Shown: positions 1-13,490, numbered from the stretch's first letter. The stretch is 64,000 nucleotides of DNA from Bugula neritina (GCA_964035545.1 OZ037769.1:9508129-9572128), one strand, 5' to 3'. Notes: a model not told the origin generated them from the sequence alone. Numbers and translations are program-made.

Positions 1-3000
1 ATTCCAACACCTAGGTGATTGCTTGAGGCCATAGATTGACTTGTTGAGTTTACACACTAGTTTCTCTTTTCCCTGCTTCACGGAACCCTCTGGTTGTGAC
101 ATATATATCTCTTCACTTATATGTCCATTTAGGAAAGCGGTTATTACGTTCATATGATAAATGTACATGTTGTTGCAGAGAGCATAAGCTAGCAAGGCTC
201 TTAATGATGGATATTTGGCTACTGGCGCATACGTTTCGTCATAGTCGACACCAGCTTGTTGTGTAAACCATCGAGCTACTGGTTGACTTTTGTAGCACTC
301 AATGTTTCCGTCTTTGTTGTAATTAGATCTGAATACCCATTTGCAGTCAATCGTCTGACGGTGGCTAGGTAAAGGAACAAGCTCCCATGTATTGTTCTCA
401 ACCAAAGAGTCGTATTCAGCTTGTGCTGTAGCTAGCCATTCTCTTGACTGTGGACTGGTCAATACTTTTGCATAGCTTTTAGAATTTAGGTCCTACAATT
501 TCTTGGGCGTAGCATGCTCTGGGACTGGTTTCTGCTGCTACAGACGAGTTGCTATATTCGTCCATACCAAATCTTACTGGAGGGCGATGTGTTCGAGTAG
601 ATCTATGTGGTTCATCACAGCTTGGAGCATCAGAGTTGTCCTCAGTTGGGGCATCAGAGTTGTCTTGAGTTTGCATGTCTGCAGAAAACCCGTTTGCATG
701 TAGAGTTGCCTCCATTATTACGTTTGTAACTCCTGCACCAAATTTTGTTTTGTCAAATGTAACATCACGTCTGATTATAACCTTTTTGGAGTTGGGATTG
801 TACAGCCGGTACCCTTTTGACTGTAAGGCATAGCCCACCAAAACCATATTTTCTGCTTTGCTATCGAGTTTTGACCTGAGTTGCTCAGGAATATGACTGT
901 AAGCGAGACATCCAAATACTCTAATATGACTTATATTTGGCTTATGACCAAACCAGCGTTCACGAGGTGTCGCTGATGTTGCTTTGGTGGGCAGACGATG
1001 TCTTGTGTATGCAGCAGTGTTGTTAGCTTCAGCCCAAAATAATTTTGGTAAACCTGATTGAATTATCATAGCTCTAGCTGACTCGTATACCGTATGATTC
1101 AAACGCTCAACAACACCGTTTTGCTCTAGCGAGTATCTTGCAGTGGATTGGTGTTGAATGCCTTGTGACAATAAGTACTGTTCAAAGCTTTTGCTGGTGT
1201 ACTCACCACCACCATCACTACGGAGCTAACCAATTTTCAAACCTGTTAATTTGTCACTAATGCCTGAAACTCCCTAAACCTATCAAAAACCTCTGATTTT
1301 TCTTTAATAAAATACACATAAGAATATCTTGAAAAAATTGTCAATAAAAGATACAAAATATGCACTGCCTCCAATAGACTTTGTTTTCATAAGACCACAA
1401 ACATCTGTATGCACTAATTCAAGTGGTCTACTAGACTTGATACCTACATGCTTACTAAAACATTTTCTAGTCATTTTGCCTTTGATGCATGGCTCATGCA
1501 CACCTACATGTACATTAGATAAATTTGCCCCTACTGCTAACCTATTATGTTGAGCAGATTGAATGCTTTGCGTGCCAGCATGTCCAAGGCGTTGATGCCA
1601 CAAATCAGTATCACTAGCAGGGAAGCAATGTGGTAGTTCGAGTACATAGTGTCCAGATAACATAGTTTATTGCAGAGTGTTGTTGTTGCACGCAGCTTTC
1701 CTGATTTGTTTTTCAGCCAACAACGACCATGTCCAAGTTACACTATAAGATTCTTCTCTGCTGCTGATCGTACTGAAAACAGATTAGCTTTCAGTCCAGG
1801 CACATGTAATACGCCATACATTGTGTTCGTCTTTATTTGTTGGCCTCTTGTGCGAGTGAAAATTTCTATATTTCCCCTGCCAACGACTTCCAGCACATGA
1901 CCACCAAGAGTAACTTTCTGTGGAACTTCAAAAATGTTGTATACCTTAAATAGATCCTTGTTGTGTGTCATATGTGAAGTAGCACCTGAGTCTATGACCA
2001 GTTATTCTCCTTTTCCCCTTTTGATATGAAGAAGGCACTGTCAGTTTCCTCAATTGCATTCTGATTCTGTGTTACGGGTTTAGCATTATGACCGGATTCA
2101 TCAGCTAGACCTATTTTTGAACAGTTCCGTATAAGATGCGCTGGAGAGCCACACTTGAAACATGTTTTCTTTGTGTAGTGTGGCTTGCTTCGATAGTTAC
2201 CAGTAACAAGAGCTGTGTCTATGTTACGATCTGTTGGTACATGAGTTTGTTCCTTTCGTAGTTGTTCTTTAGACATAAGAGCCTGTTGCACATAGTGCAG
2301 TGTCAGGTCTTCGAATCGAGCTTCTAGAGCAGTTACCAGTGTTGAGTAGCTGCTAGGCAGGTTACCAAGTAGTGTCACTTCCTGATCTTCTTCACTAATA
2401 GAGGAGTTTACAGCAGCCAGCTTGTCAGTTAATTCCTTCATATATCTATTGTGCTGCTCAATCGATGCATTTTCTCCCATTACGGTTCTGAAATATCGCT
2501 TTTTTAGGAACAATCTGTTGGTTAAGGTATCGTGCTCAAAATGTTTTTGTAAAGTGCTCCATGCTTACTTTGGTTCTGTGCAGCTGGTTATGAGATATAG
2601 CAAATCATCGCTCATCTCGCGTACAATAATTGACATAGCCTTGCTTGATTTCCTTGTATAGTCCAATTTCGTTTAAGCACTAGCTGATTCTTCAGGCTCA
2701 GTTATAGAGCCATCAACATATCCCCATAATTCTTTAGCAATCAGCAAATGCTTGAGCTTTAACTTCCAAGTGCTATAATTTTTCCTTGACAACTTGTGTA
2801 CAGATTGCTTGTCTTCAATAATTCCAGCTATTTCGTCTTTTTATACTACTGTAACTAATGTTTGAGATAGCACTCTGGGCCCATAACCTGTTAGAGTTAT
2901 AATTTGACAAAGCTTTTTATTGCACAAAATATTACAAATAACCGAACTAAGAACAAAAAACATAAGTAGCACACATAAGTAGATAGCTATAAAATTGCTA

Positions 3001-3107
3001 TTACAGATAAGCAGCTGAGTACAGTAGGCATAAGCTGAGAAACAAAAGCACATTGAAATAGCATCAACTGATTCAATGTGTGGCTATAAACATATTTACT
3101 GACAACA
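1..3107 (-). mobile_element. Ty1/Copia LTR retrotransposon, degenerate, runs off the window start
   Basis: Minus-strand ORF pieces in Copia order: gag with CX2CX4HX4C knuckle (1992-2513), protease (D)SGA at about 1980-1992, GAG-pre-integrase and integrase (LWHQRLGH, LVHTDVCG, QNGVVERLN; 479-1663), RT start (WVFRSN, APYPSLRAL-like) at 1-470. PBS GGTTATGGGCCCAG at 2875-2888 abuts a TG...CA segment (2889 to about 3107) taken as the 5' LTR. Many frameshifts. Confidence 0.9.
2875..2888 (-). promoter_or_regulatory. Copia primer-binding site (internal tRNA-iMet, half-tRNA type)
   Basis: GGTTATGGGCCCAG on the minus strand directly after the LTR-terminal CA; the same motif occurs at 18959-18972 and a variant at 8748-8760. 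Confidence 0.85.
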
Positions 3108-5030
3108 TCAAATTCGTCAGAGCTACTTGAATCGTCATCTATTGGCCGTTGTAAATTTAGCTTCTTCGTGTTTTTCCAATTTCTCCTAAAGGTCTTGCCT
3201 TTTACTCTCACATCGTAGCTATCTGGTTCTTCTCTTTTCCCAATAACTCATTTTTTTCTTTCTATTCCCTGAACCTACCCATGCCACTTCATCTTCTCAG
3301 AACTCCACCTTGGGCTTAGCAGCAACCCTGTGGTTTTTAGCATTTTTCTGTCTCTCTTTAAGATCTTTATTTCGCTCGCAAAACTCATCCTGAGGGGCAG
3401 GAGATTTTTCATCAGGAAGATAAGTCCTGAAATTTCTCTCTAACAAGAGCTCTGACGGAAATATTCCACTCTCTAAAGGTGTATTACGGTATACTAATAG
3501 CGTCTGGTTCTTTTTTCTCTTTATCCCAGATGCGTTTAACAATCTGTACAATTGGTTCTGCCAGACGGTTACTCTCATGGTAGTGGGGACTGCTGTTGAT
3601 ATGCTTTACTTTACTCTGGGGCATGTAGTCCTTGAATTTATGACCCATATAACACAGTCCATTATCACTGCGGAGCTAGCATGGGAGGCCAGACCTCACA
3701 AACACTTTCTTCATTTCTTTCATTACAGCTTCAACTGTTTTTGTTTCAATTCCAATCGCTTCGATCCACCTTGAGTAGTAATCAATCATGAGTAGATAAT
3801 CTTTACCTTTGTACTCAAATAAATCTAATTCTAGAGTGTGCCATGGTGGATCCGGAAGTTTAGAAGGTTTCATTGAAAAAGTTTTCATCTTTCTATGGAT
3901 TATGCATTTGCTACAGCGATCAATATATCTCTGTAGATCTACTCTCATTCCCGGCCCATGAATGCTGGTCCTGGCCGTCCGAAGGAATCTTTCCAGGCCT
4001 TGGTGACCTCTGTGTATTCTTTCAATCATTCCTTCTCTTAGATTTTCTGGGATTACTATCATGTTTCTCATCACTATGCCATTTTGAAAGGATAAGTGCT
4101 CCCTTTGGGTCCAATTGTCTAATCTATTCTTTGTAGTGTTTCCCTCTTCTCCACCCTTCTAGAACTTTCTCAGTAATACTTTGTATTCCCCTCTGTCAGA
4201 TTTCCTCTAGGATCTGGTCATCAAAAATCCTTTCAGCTTTGGTGATCATTCTCATGTGCATCTACACACGGTCAATTATTGCTCATTTTTGTGGTGTCGC
4301 TTCGTTTGCCGCTATTGATATGAGATCAGCCATAAACATTGGGTTTCTCAGGGTGTGAGCGATATCAAAGTTGTATCACATCAATCTCAGTTTAAATCGT
4401 TTGCACCGAAGCAGGAGATTAGCCAAATCGCTCTATAAAAGGTTTCACCAGCGGCTTGCGATCTGTCTCCACCTCAAAGTTCGACCCTATGAGCAAAAGT
4501 CGAACTTATCACATGCCTAGGTGATCACAAAAGCTTTTTTCAATTGAGCTACCGGTTTCTCGGCTTCTGTAAATTTCCTCGACACAAATCCTACTTGCTG
4601 CCATTGTTACATTTCATTTTTCTGTAACAGCGCTCTGCCCATGGCATGACAGTGAATTAGTTCGATAATTGAACCAATCCACACTACTGAATCTGCAGTC
4701 ACCCGTGTCTCGTTTTTACATCATACTTAGCCAGAACTGGAGGACAACTTATCTCTTCCTACAGGGCTTCAAAACTCCTTTGCTGGTCAACATCCCAACA
4801 CCCGTCTTGCTGCCGTTTAGCTCCTGCTAGGATTTACTCAGCTCAGCTAGTCTTTGGCTGAATTTATAAACGTAGTTGACTATACCTAAAAAAAATTTCA
4901 GCTTTTTCTCAGTGACCGCTAGATTCTTTGCCGGCTTTGACGAGATCCCATTTTCTTCAATGTGGTGGCATAGAAAAATAATATTTCTCACTCTGAACTC
5001 ACACTTCCTCTCATTCATTTTCAACCCGGC
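3108..5030 (-). mobile_element. Degenerate Ty3/Gypsy pol fragment (RT end, RNase H, integrase)
   Basis: ORF pieces with integrase zinc finger (HRGHQG...CSKC), PWHTLELDLF, IDYYSRW, YRNTP and RT-end KCEF...FLGIVNY; heavily disrupted. Confidence 0.85.
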
Positions 5031-5099
5031 CTCCCCCAGTCTCCATATCTATTCTTGTTTAAGGGGTCTACCCCAGGATCCAGCAAGGACTTGTGTGAT

Positions 5100-8000
5100 G
5101 GCCTTAGTGTTTCTTTAGCTACATTCAGCTCCTTCCTAATTTTACTGTTTATGACAGACAGGTCAATGCCAGCTGTTTTCACAGTTGTATTAAGACATTT
5201 CCTTTGAGTTTCGCCTGCTGACTCTCATAATTTTACCAAGTTCATATAGTCAGAGGAATTTCTCACCAAAGTATTCTTCCCCTGATCAAAATATATCGTA
5301 TGGTCAATCTTATGTTCCTCCTTCTGGTAGTGGGCCGCCTAATCAAATTCATCAGATGTGAAATAACGGTTCTCATCATTTTCTGCCTAGTTGGCATCAC
5401 AGTAGCCGACAGGCGGTTTGTTACATTTAGAAAATGTGATATCGTACTCCATAGCACCTTTGAGGTATCTGAGTACACGCCTAGCAGCTGTCGTGTGCGT
5501 TTTGGTGGAAGTGGCGTTAAACTCGCACAGTACTCCTACAGTATGATATGCCAGGGTGGGCGCAGTTAATGCGTATAGCAGACTGCTTATTATTGATTGA
5601 TACACTGTGCAATCTACCGGTTTGCTTCCGTTCTCTTTCACTAGCTTGGTGTCAGTTGCCACTGGAGTTGCTGCTGTTTTGCAATTAGCCATTTCGTACT
5701 TGTCTAGTATCCGCTTTATTTACTGTTTCTAATGAAGCTTCAGATCAGAGCTGGTCAAATCTGCATTTATACCGAGACAAAACTGGAGTTGTCCCAGGTC
5801 TTTTATCAGCACTTTTAAGTTTGGTGAATCCTTGATCTCTTGCATCGACTGAAGTGTGTAAGAGGAAATAACATTATCATCCACATTTACTGCTGCGAGT
5901 GGTTTTTACATCATTCACACCCTGTACGTAAATACACTAGTCAATGCTAGATGGTGTGAAACTCAGAGATTGTACGAACTTATCTAAAATTAAGTTCCAG
6001 TAGCATGGGAACTGTTTAAGTCCGTAGAGTTAGCGATTAAGTTTACAGACTAAATCCTCACTCATTGGTTCTACAAAGCCATCAAGTTGCCTCATGTAAA
6101 CCTTTTCTTTAAGTGTACCATTCAACAAAGCGGCAGCAACACCCATTTGATGCATTAGCATTCCCCAATCTACACCATGTGACAATAGGTTTCTCAATGA
6201 AGAGCGATGGACCACAGGTAGGAGTGTTTCTTCATAATCTGTACTTGGTTTTTCGGCGTATCCTTGTCCTACGAGCCTAGCTTTTGGTAGAGGTGTTAAC
6301 GACCAGGTATTGTTATCTATCAAGTATCAGCGCTCTGTACTCCTCATTTGCTGCATCAGACCACTGCGCAGACTGTGGACTGGCGATTTTTTCTGACATC
6401 AAGTGTGGCTCTAAAATATCACTGGCCAGACATGCAATGTGATTCACCTAGTCATCAATGCCATACCTCACAACTGGTTTGATAGTGGGCTCAGACCTAC
6501 GAACAGGCTGTGTTACCTTGGATATATCAACAGGAATTGTCTCATTATTTAAAATTGGTTTTGGTAACCCTATTTCATTTCCGTTGGACACAACATCTCT
6601 ATGAATTACTACTTTGTTAGTTGTTGGGTCTAACAAGCGATATGCCTTGAACCTAAAGCTATACCCTACCGTGACCATCTGTTCAAATTTTTCATCAAAT
6701 TTCTGTTGCAGTTCATTAGGTATATGCGCATATGTTGTTGAACCAAGTATTTGTATATTACTAATATCAAGCTTATGGTCATACCACAGTTGACACGGAG
6801 TTTTCATCACCTGGTGAGCAGTCGTAGAAACACGATTCCGCACATACACAGCAGTGCTCACAGCCTCTGCCCAGAAAGACTTTTATAGCCCTGACTCTAT
6901 GATCGTTGCCCTTGCAGCCTCACATACTGCGCAGTTAAAGCACTCAGCAACGCCATTCTGCTGCAGGGTATAACGTGCTCTCAGTTCATGGTGAATACCT
7001 TCAAAGCGTAGATGTTGTTCACACTGATAAGACATGTATTCACCGCCACCATCAGATTGTAGTGTACCTCCAGTTTGTCCTGTTTTATTTGTCACTAGAG
7101 CCTGGTATTCCTAAAAAACTGAAAAATGCATCAGATTTATGCTTGACAAAGTATACATGAATAAATCTACTATAATCATCTATGAATGGCACAAAATACC
7201 TACTACCATCAATTAATGCAGTTTGCATGGGCGTACATACATCACTGTGAATCAACTGTAAGGGACAGGTAAACTTGATTTGATCTTTGGATTTGAATGG
7301 CTTTCGAGTCATTTTGCCTTTAGTACATGGAGCACACATGCTTACAGTTACATGCACCTGTAACAAGCTGATTACTAGGCATTTGTTTGATTGTAGCATG
7401 ATTGATGTGAGCTAGTTTCTGGTGCCATACAGTGTTACATGCGACCAAATTTACCGCGTTTTCAGATGACTCCAAATCTAGATAATATAGCTTACCAAAC
7501 AGATTTCCTATAGCGTGTACATTTTTTGTCTCATCACGAAGTCAACATCAACTATGGATGTACTGCACTACCATACCTTTACTTGCTGCAAATCTAACGG
7601 AGAACAGATTTTTTTCAAGGCAGGTACGTGAAGCACGTTGTGGAGAGTTGCTTTTTTCTGCACGTGACTGATGGTTGAATATCAAGTTGTAATCCCTACT
7701 ATATCAACTACTCTAGCATCGGCTATGGCTACCTTCTCTGGTTTCTGAAGCTTGACATACGTAGTGAAGTCTGACTCCTTGGGCGTCATGTCTCTCGACT
7801 CTCCACTGTCGATGAGCCAAGAATTAACTGTGTTTCTGCTGCTGTCACTCACTTCTTTCCCAGAAAAAGCACTTTTTTTGTGTTCGACTTCAGATGGTTT
7901 ACTGCGACTCCCAGCAGCTAGTCTTGCCTTGTAATGCCATCGGCCGCCACGCCCTCTAACTCGGCCACGCTCATGATGACCAGAATTATAACGTGGTTGA

Positions 8001-8760
8001 GGACATTTTCTAGCCATATGATTCCATGAGTGACAGTCAAAGCATCTTCCCTCACTCAGAATATAGTGCAGTTTCAGAACACGCTGATGTTCTGCCACGG
8101 CGGACATCGAGCAAGCCCTGGACCCTGTTACCTTGCTTTTGTTCTTTGTTGAGCTATGAATTCTAGTCGGATTCTAGTGTTGATGTCTCGGTTTTTTTTG
8201 TGCTTTTTATGCTGCCACGTCTGTCGCATATGTTTCAGGTAGACTCCCAAGAAGCGTTAAAACTTGATCTTCTCCAGATATGTCAACTTTTATAGCACAA
8301 AATTTATTTATCAATAATATCCTTCATATGCTTGAGGTGTGATTCTATTGACTCACCATCTTTCATGACAGCTCTAAAATGCTGTTTCTTTACATTTATT
8401 CGATTTGCTAATGTATCTCTTCACAGTGTGATTGAAATGCATCCCAGGCAGCCTTTGCCGTATCACAACTGATTACAAAATATGTGTATTCATCACTTTC
8501 TGCTACACTATGTGACTAAGTGCCTTCTTTTCATTTAGCTTGTGTGCCTTCTTCACTGCTGCACTCTCACTGCTGCCTGGTTCTTCGGCTGTGCCATCAC
8601 AAAGTTCAAAAAGTTCCTTTGCTATGAAGAGATGTTTAAACTTAAACTTCCAAGTAGGAAAATAGATAGCTGTCAACTTGGCCACTAAAAGCTTCTGATT
8701 ATCCATCCTCAATTACTTTAATGATTGGTACTGAATATGAGTTCGAGTGGGCCTATAACC
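5100..8760 (-). mobile_element. Second degenerate Ty1/Copia element
   Basis: gag N-terminus (8503-8712), zinc knuckle and protease WLIDSG (7682-8107), integrase IHSDVC/FIDDYSR/SDGGGEY/QNGVAE (6448-7399), RT KARLV...HQM...LNG (6030-6323), RT end GYCDA (5387-5692); PBS variant at 8748-8760. Confidence 0.88.
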
Positions 8761-9085
8761 TGTAGTCATTTCTGATAATGAGTAGTATTATATTCTTTCA
8801 ATATGGAGCGGAAAGCAAAATTATTTTTATGAAAATTAAGGGTAAAAAATCAGGAAGTAGGATAACTCATCAAAACTAGAATTTTTTTTTAATAAAGCAG
8901 ATGCACAACTCTAAATTAAAATGATATTTTTTAAATTGCAAAAAGCTAGTGTATATTCAACAATAACGTTAAAATTCGCCGAGTGTAGTTACTCAACTCT
9001 TTGTCCTGACTCTGTTTCCATTTCTGGAAGCTGTGCCTTAAAATTGTCTTGTTCTCCCTTTTGGAAAAATCTTTCTCAAACACCT

Positions 9086-9275
9086 TGTTGTGTTTCAAAC
9101 AGGTGTATTGATCATAAAATAATTTACAATGAAAACAGTAGAAGTGTTACCACCTTATATATTAACTTGCACAAAAAAGCTGATATAGCTGTATATAAAT
9201 AAACAAAATAAGCGCTGAAGCTAACATGAAAAAGCCATTACATCTTTTAGATTTATGCAAAGTCATGCTATAACA
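9086..9275 (-). repeat. 3' LTR of the Mag-like Gypsy element
   Basis: TGTTGTGTTTCAAAC...GCTATAACA, direct repeat of 13618-13807. Confidence 0.95.
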
Positions 9276-9307
9276 CCTCCCGACTAGCTTAAAGTACTAT
9301 GTCTCTT

Positions 9308-11116
9308 TTAGCGTCTAGTTTGCCATCGGGTTCTGGTTGAACGTCTCGGATGGTCCCGGGTATATTCATCACCATCTGGTTGTCTAGGATTGCGTCTAGG
9401 TTGTGAGGGTACAGGATCTGGCTCTGGTGTTTCCTCTTGTTGTGCAGTATTTTCAGTGGTAACCATCAAATCATCAGGTGGCTCTGTATCTTCTGTACTG
9501 GAATGTCGTGGACAGAGTTGGTCAATGTGTCGTTTCCAAACTGGTCCTTTAGGTATGACTTTCACATTCACAGAGCGGCTCGCCAAAACTTTGATCACAA
9601 CTGCCTTGATCCACTTGGGTTGTCTGTCTCTTCTAGGCCCATAGTATAGAGCATAGCAAGGCGTTCCAACTGTGTAGCAGTGTAGTTTGTTGGTAGTCTT
9701 TTTCTGTTGCATCTGATGTCTTTGAGATAGGTGTGCTGGAGAGGGAAGTAGAACATCTATTTTGGCTCTGATCTGTCGTCCATTCAGTAGCTCACTTGGA
9801 GAAAATCCATAAGGCAATGGTGTTCTTCTGTATTGCATTAGGAACTCTTGGAGGGCCTCCCTGGGTGGAGGTGTAGACTTTCTCAGCGATTGCTTAAAGG
9901 ATTCTACTAGTCGTTCTGCTGCTCCATTGGTAGCGGGATGATAAGGTGCTCCTCTTAGGTTGACAATTCCTCGATCTTTACACCACTGTTGGAATTTTTC
10001 TGAAGTGAAACTGGGTCCATTATCTGTCACTATGGTATGAGGGTAACCAAAGTGAGCGAAGTCTGTCTCCAATAAGTTAGTTGTCATCTTGGTTGATATA
10101 GAGCTCGTAGGATGAATGCAAGGATACTTGGTGAATGCATCCACAAGCACTAGCCAATTTGTTCCCATAAAGTTGATTGCATGGTCTACGGGTAGTCTGC
10201 TCCATGGCTTTTCAGGCATCATCCAAGGGTGAACTGGTGACTTCTTTTCCTGGTTTTGGTGCTCTCCGCAGGTTGAGCATTGCTGTGACAATTCTGTAAT
10301 GTCGTTGTCTGATCTTGGCCAATAGACTGCTGTGCGGGCAAGTTGCTTCATACGTTGTCTGCCAAAGTGTCCCATATGTAGTATTTCTAACACTTGTTTC
10401 TGCAGGGATAAAGGTATGACAATCCTTGCTCCATAGAGTAGGCATCCGCTTTCAACTGTCAGTGAGGTTGCGATCTTCTTGAAGTCTTTAATGGTGTAGC
10501 CATCAGCGATTGTTTCTGACGATTCTTTGCTTTCTTCACCATCCATCCATCCTTCCATAGTGTATCGCATCACGGTGCTGAGTACTGGATCTTGGGCCGT
10601 CTCTTTCTTTAGAACTCCAGGATCTGTAGGTTTCAGCTGCTTTCCAATAGTCTTTATTGTGCAAACTGTGTCGATATCCACACCTTCTTCCTCCTTATCA
10701 AAGCCATCGTCTGATCCCATTGGTAGGCGACTCAGTATGTCTGCATTGCCGTGGTCTGATGTCTTTCTGTGTTCAATGGTGTACTTGTATTGGCTGAGAG
10801 TGAGTGCCCATCTAGCAAGTCTCTTGGCTGCCATAGCTGGTGTTGCTTTGTTGGGTCCAAAGATTGCCAGTAGTGGTCGGTGATCTGTAACCAATACAAA
10901 GCTTCTTCCATACAGAAACTGATGAAACTTGGTGATTCCAAATATGATTGAGAGTGCTTCCTTCTGTACTTGACTGTATCTTTGCTGAGTTTTTGTCAGA
11001 GTTTTGCTGGCATGGGCAATTGGTCGCTCTGTCCCGTCTTGGTAATGATGAAACAACACAACTCCAATTCCAACTTCTGATGCATCACAGGATATGCCAA
11101 TTTGTAGAGGGGTCAT
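9308..11116 (-). CDS. RNase H-integrase (3' part of pol, separated by a frameshift)
   Basis: RNase H CDAS...EAL...TDH; integrase HMGH...CSTC, VDH, TDNG, NGAAER. Confidence 0.92.
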   Translation of the reverse strand: MTPLQIGISCDASEVGIGVVLFHHYQDGTERPIAHASKTLTKTQQRYSQVQKEALSIIFGITKFHQFLYGRSFVLVTDHRPLLAIFGPNKATPAMAAKRLARWALTLSQYKYTIEHRKTSDHGNADILSRLPMGSDDGFDKEEEGVDIDTVCTIKTIGKQLKPTDPGVLKKETAQDPVLSTVMRYTMEGWMDGEESKESSETIADGYTIKDFKKIATSLTVESGCLLYGARIVIPLSLQKQVLEILHMGHFGRQRMKQLARTAVYWPRSDNDITELSQQCSTCGEHQNQEKKSPVHPWMMPEKPWSRLPVDHAINFMGTNWLVLVDAFTKYPCIHPTSSISTKMTTNLLETDFAHFGYPHTIVTDNGPSFTSEKFQQWCKDRGIVNLRGAPYHPATNGAAERLVESFKQSLRKSTPPPREALQEFLMQYRRTPLPYGFSPSELLNGRQIRAKIDVLLPSPAHLSQRHQMQQKKTTNKLHCYTVGTPCYALYYGPRRDRQPKWIKAVVIKVLASRSVNVKVIPKGPVWKRHIDQLCPRHSSTEDTEPPDDLMVTTENTAQQEETPEPDPVPSQPRRNPRQPDGDEYTRDHPRRSTRTRWQTRR

Positions 11117-13490
11117 AGTGTGCTAATACCAGATCACTGCTTAACATCTTCTTCAGTTGTAAAAATGATGTTTGCTGCGTAGTACCCCACTGCCATTGCT
11201 CTCCTTTCTGCAATAACTTTTGAAGTGGTGATGTGACCGTGGAAAGATCCGGCAAGAACTTGTGGTAGAACTGTACAGATCCTAGGAAGGATTTCAAGCT
11301 TCTAACATCAGTCGGGGCTGGCATCTTCTTCAAGGCTTCTACACCAGATCCTTTTTCTATACCTTTGTCAGAAAGCTTGTGTCCCAGGTATTCTACTGAC
11401 TGTTCTGCGAATACACATTTCTCCAGTTTGCGTCTTAATCCTCGGTCTTGCAGCCGTTGCAATAATCTTTGTAGATTTGTGATGTGATCTGTGGCTGTGG
11501 CTCCACTGACTAGAATGTCATCCAAATAGACTGCTACTCCGGGTAGATCACATGTGAGCTGCTCCATAATCTCCTGGAAATAACCGGGTGCTGAGCTGAT
11601 ACCAAAAGGTAAGCGCTTCTGTAGTAGAACACCACGATGAGTGCTGAGAGCCAACCTTCTTTGGCTTTCTGAAGCTAGAGGAATCTGATTGTATGCGTCT
11701 GCCAAGTCAATCTTCGAGAAACCATGTCCTCCTCCAAGTTTCCTCATCAGGTCTTCTGGTAAAGGAATTGGTTGACGATGATCCTCTAGTTGAGAGTTGA
11801 CTGAAACAGAGTAGTCTCCACATACACGTAGCTTTGGCTTTGGCTGTCCAGGTAGTTGTGCTTTGCGTATAGGAACTACTGGTGTGCCATAGGAATTGAA
11901 CTGCACTGGCTCCCATACTCCTTTAGCAATTCCAACATCATAGGCTTGAGTTAAGTCTTCTTGAATGGCGTAAGGTACAGGTCGGGGTTTGCAGAATACT
12001 GGCTTAGCATCTTTCTTGAATTTGACTTCTAATTCAAAATCTTTGAGGCATCCCAGTTCTGGTTTGAAGAGGCTGCTGAACTCCATTGTTAGTTTTTTAC
12101 AGGATTCCTTGAGATTGAGGTTGACATTATGAACATCTTTGCTGATGTCTTCTCCATCTGTAGGCTGCATCAAGGAATCCACAGAAACTCCCAATTGTTG
12201 AATTCCATCTCTGCCGAGTAGGTTTAGGTTGGGTATTCTGCTGATGACAAATTGAAGTTTCTTCTGCTGGTCTCCGAATTTGGTGAAGAGTTCACAGGTT
12301 CCCATGATGTCAATTGGATGATGCGTAGCTGATTCATAATGTATCTGTTGTGATTGAAGATTAGGTGATCCTAGTCTTTTCCAGTTCTCTAAAGACAAGA
12401 AGTTGTCTCCTGCTCCAGTGTCGACTTCTAATTGAAAAGATTGACGTTGAAGAGTTACATCTACTTGTAGTTGAGGAACTGTGTTCATAGTCTTTAAGGT
12501 CCTAATAACTTTGAGTGGTTTGCTGTCATTCATCTTCTTCTTTCGGCATACAATTTCAAGATGTTCAGTGAGTTTGCAGTAGTTGCATGTAGAACTTTTG
12601 TATCTGCATTCTGCTGGCTTGTGATTTGTCTTTCCACAGCGATAACAGGGTTTGTTGATCTGTGTTGGCTGGGTCGTTGGTGTAGAGCTTGGAGTCGTCT
12701 TCTTCTTCTTGCTGACTTTATGGAGAGCGTTGACCTCTCCGTGAACAGTTTCTTTAGCTACTTTAGCTGCTTCTTCAGTTTCCACAGCGATTTCAGTAGC
12801 TCTGTTGAAAGTGAGATCTTCGTCCTTGAGTTTAAAGATTGCCTTCAGTATAGCTTCATTTCCTACTGAGCATATAAATCTGGTACGAAGTGCTTCATCT
12901 TGTGGGTCAGTAATTGAAGAAAAGTCACAAGTTGTTGCGTCATGTCGAATCCTAGCTGCTAGTTCTGGAATAGTCTCCCCTGGCTTCCTTTTCATGTAGT
13001 GCCAAAATCTGTATCTTTCTCTGATGATGAATGTCCTTGGGTTATATTGTGTCATCATGTAGTTGTTAACTTCATCCATCGTCAGTTTGTTGATCTCCTT
13101 CTTTGGTGTCTGCTGCTCCGCCCAATCACTCAACTGCTTGTAGATGGCTGTTGATTGGTTTGTCAAAAATACTTGTGGTATTTTATCCTCTGCGATTGAG
13201 TTGGCTCCAATGAAGGTGGTGAATCTTGCTGAATATTGAGTCCATAGTTCTGTACTTGGATCAAATGCTGCAAAATTCGGGGTTGATGCTGGGGTTTTCT
13301 TCTCTGCTGACTGGGTGAGTAGTTGATGCAGCTCCCGATTTTCTGTTTGCTGCTGTTCCATCCTTGCTTCTTGCTCTTCCATCCTTGCTTCTTGCTGTTC
13401 CATCTGTTGCTTCTGCAAATCCATCTGTTCCTTTTGCTGTGCCAACTGCTGGGTTAGCAAAGCTATCAGTTGATCTGTAGGTGTAGACAT
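11085..13490 (-). CDS. Gag-protease-reverse transcriptase (5' part of gag-pol)
   Basis: Tandem zinc knuckles CYRCGKTNH...C and CNYC...H...C, protease VDTGA, RT motifs IDLADAY, LPFG and YLDD. Confidence 0.93.
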   Translation of the reverse strand: MSTPTDQLIALLTQQLAQQKEQMDLQKQQMEQQEARMEEQEARMEQQQTENRELHQLLTQSAEKKTPASTPNFAAFDPSTELWTQYSARFTTFIGANSIAEDKIPQVFLTNQSTAIYKQLSDWAEQQTPKKEINKLTMDEVNNYMMTQYNPRTFIIRERYRFWHYMKRKPGETIPELAARIRHDATTCDFSSITDPQDEALRTRFICSVGNEAILKAIFKLKDEDLTFNRATEIAVETEEAAKVAKETVHGEVNALHKVSKKKKTTPSSTPTTQPTQINKPCYRCGKTNHKPAECRYKSSTCNYCKLTEHLEIVCRKKKMNDSKPLKVIRTLKTMNTVPQLQVDVTLQRQSFQLEVDTGAGDNFLSLENWKRLGSPNLQSQQIHYESATHHPIDIMGTCELFTKFGDQQKKLQFVISRIPNLNLLGRDGIQQLGVSVDSLMQPTDGEDISKDVHNVNLNLKESCKKLTMEFSSLFKPELGCLKDFELEVKFKKDAKPVFCKPRPVPYAIQEDLTQAYDVGIAKGVWEPVQFNSYGTPVVPIRKAQLPGQPKPKLRVCGDYSVSVNSQLEDHRQPIPLPEDLMRKLGGGHGFSKIDLADAYNQIPLASESQRRLALSTHRGVLLQKRLPFGISSAPGYFQEIMEQLTCDLPGVAVYLDDILVSGATATDHITNLQRLLQRLQDRGLRRKLEKCVFAEQSVEYLGHKLSDKGIEKGSGVEALKKMPAPTDVRSLKSFLGSVQFYHKFLPDLSTVTSPLQKLLQKGEQWQWGTTQQTSFLQLKKMLSSDLVLAHYDPSTNWHIL

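Noticed and set aside
11085-11116. Programmed ribosomal frameshift in the Gypsy pol
   Set aside because: It falls between RT and RNase H rather than at gag/pol and has no slippery heptamer; a deletion is simpler.
503-13000. Many short plus-strand ORFs
   Set aside because: Antisense shadows of minus-strand retrotransposon coding sequence.
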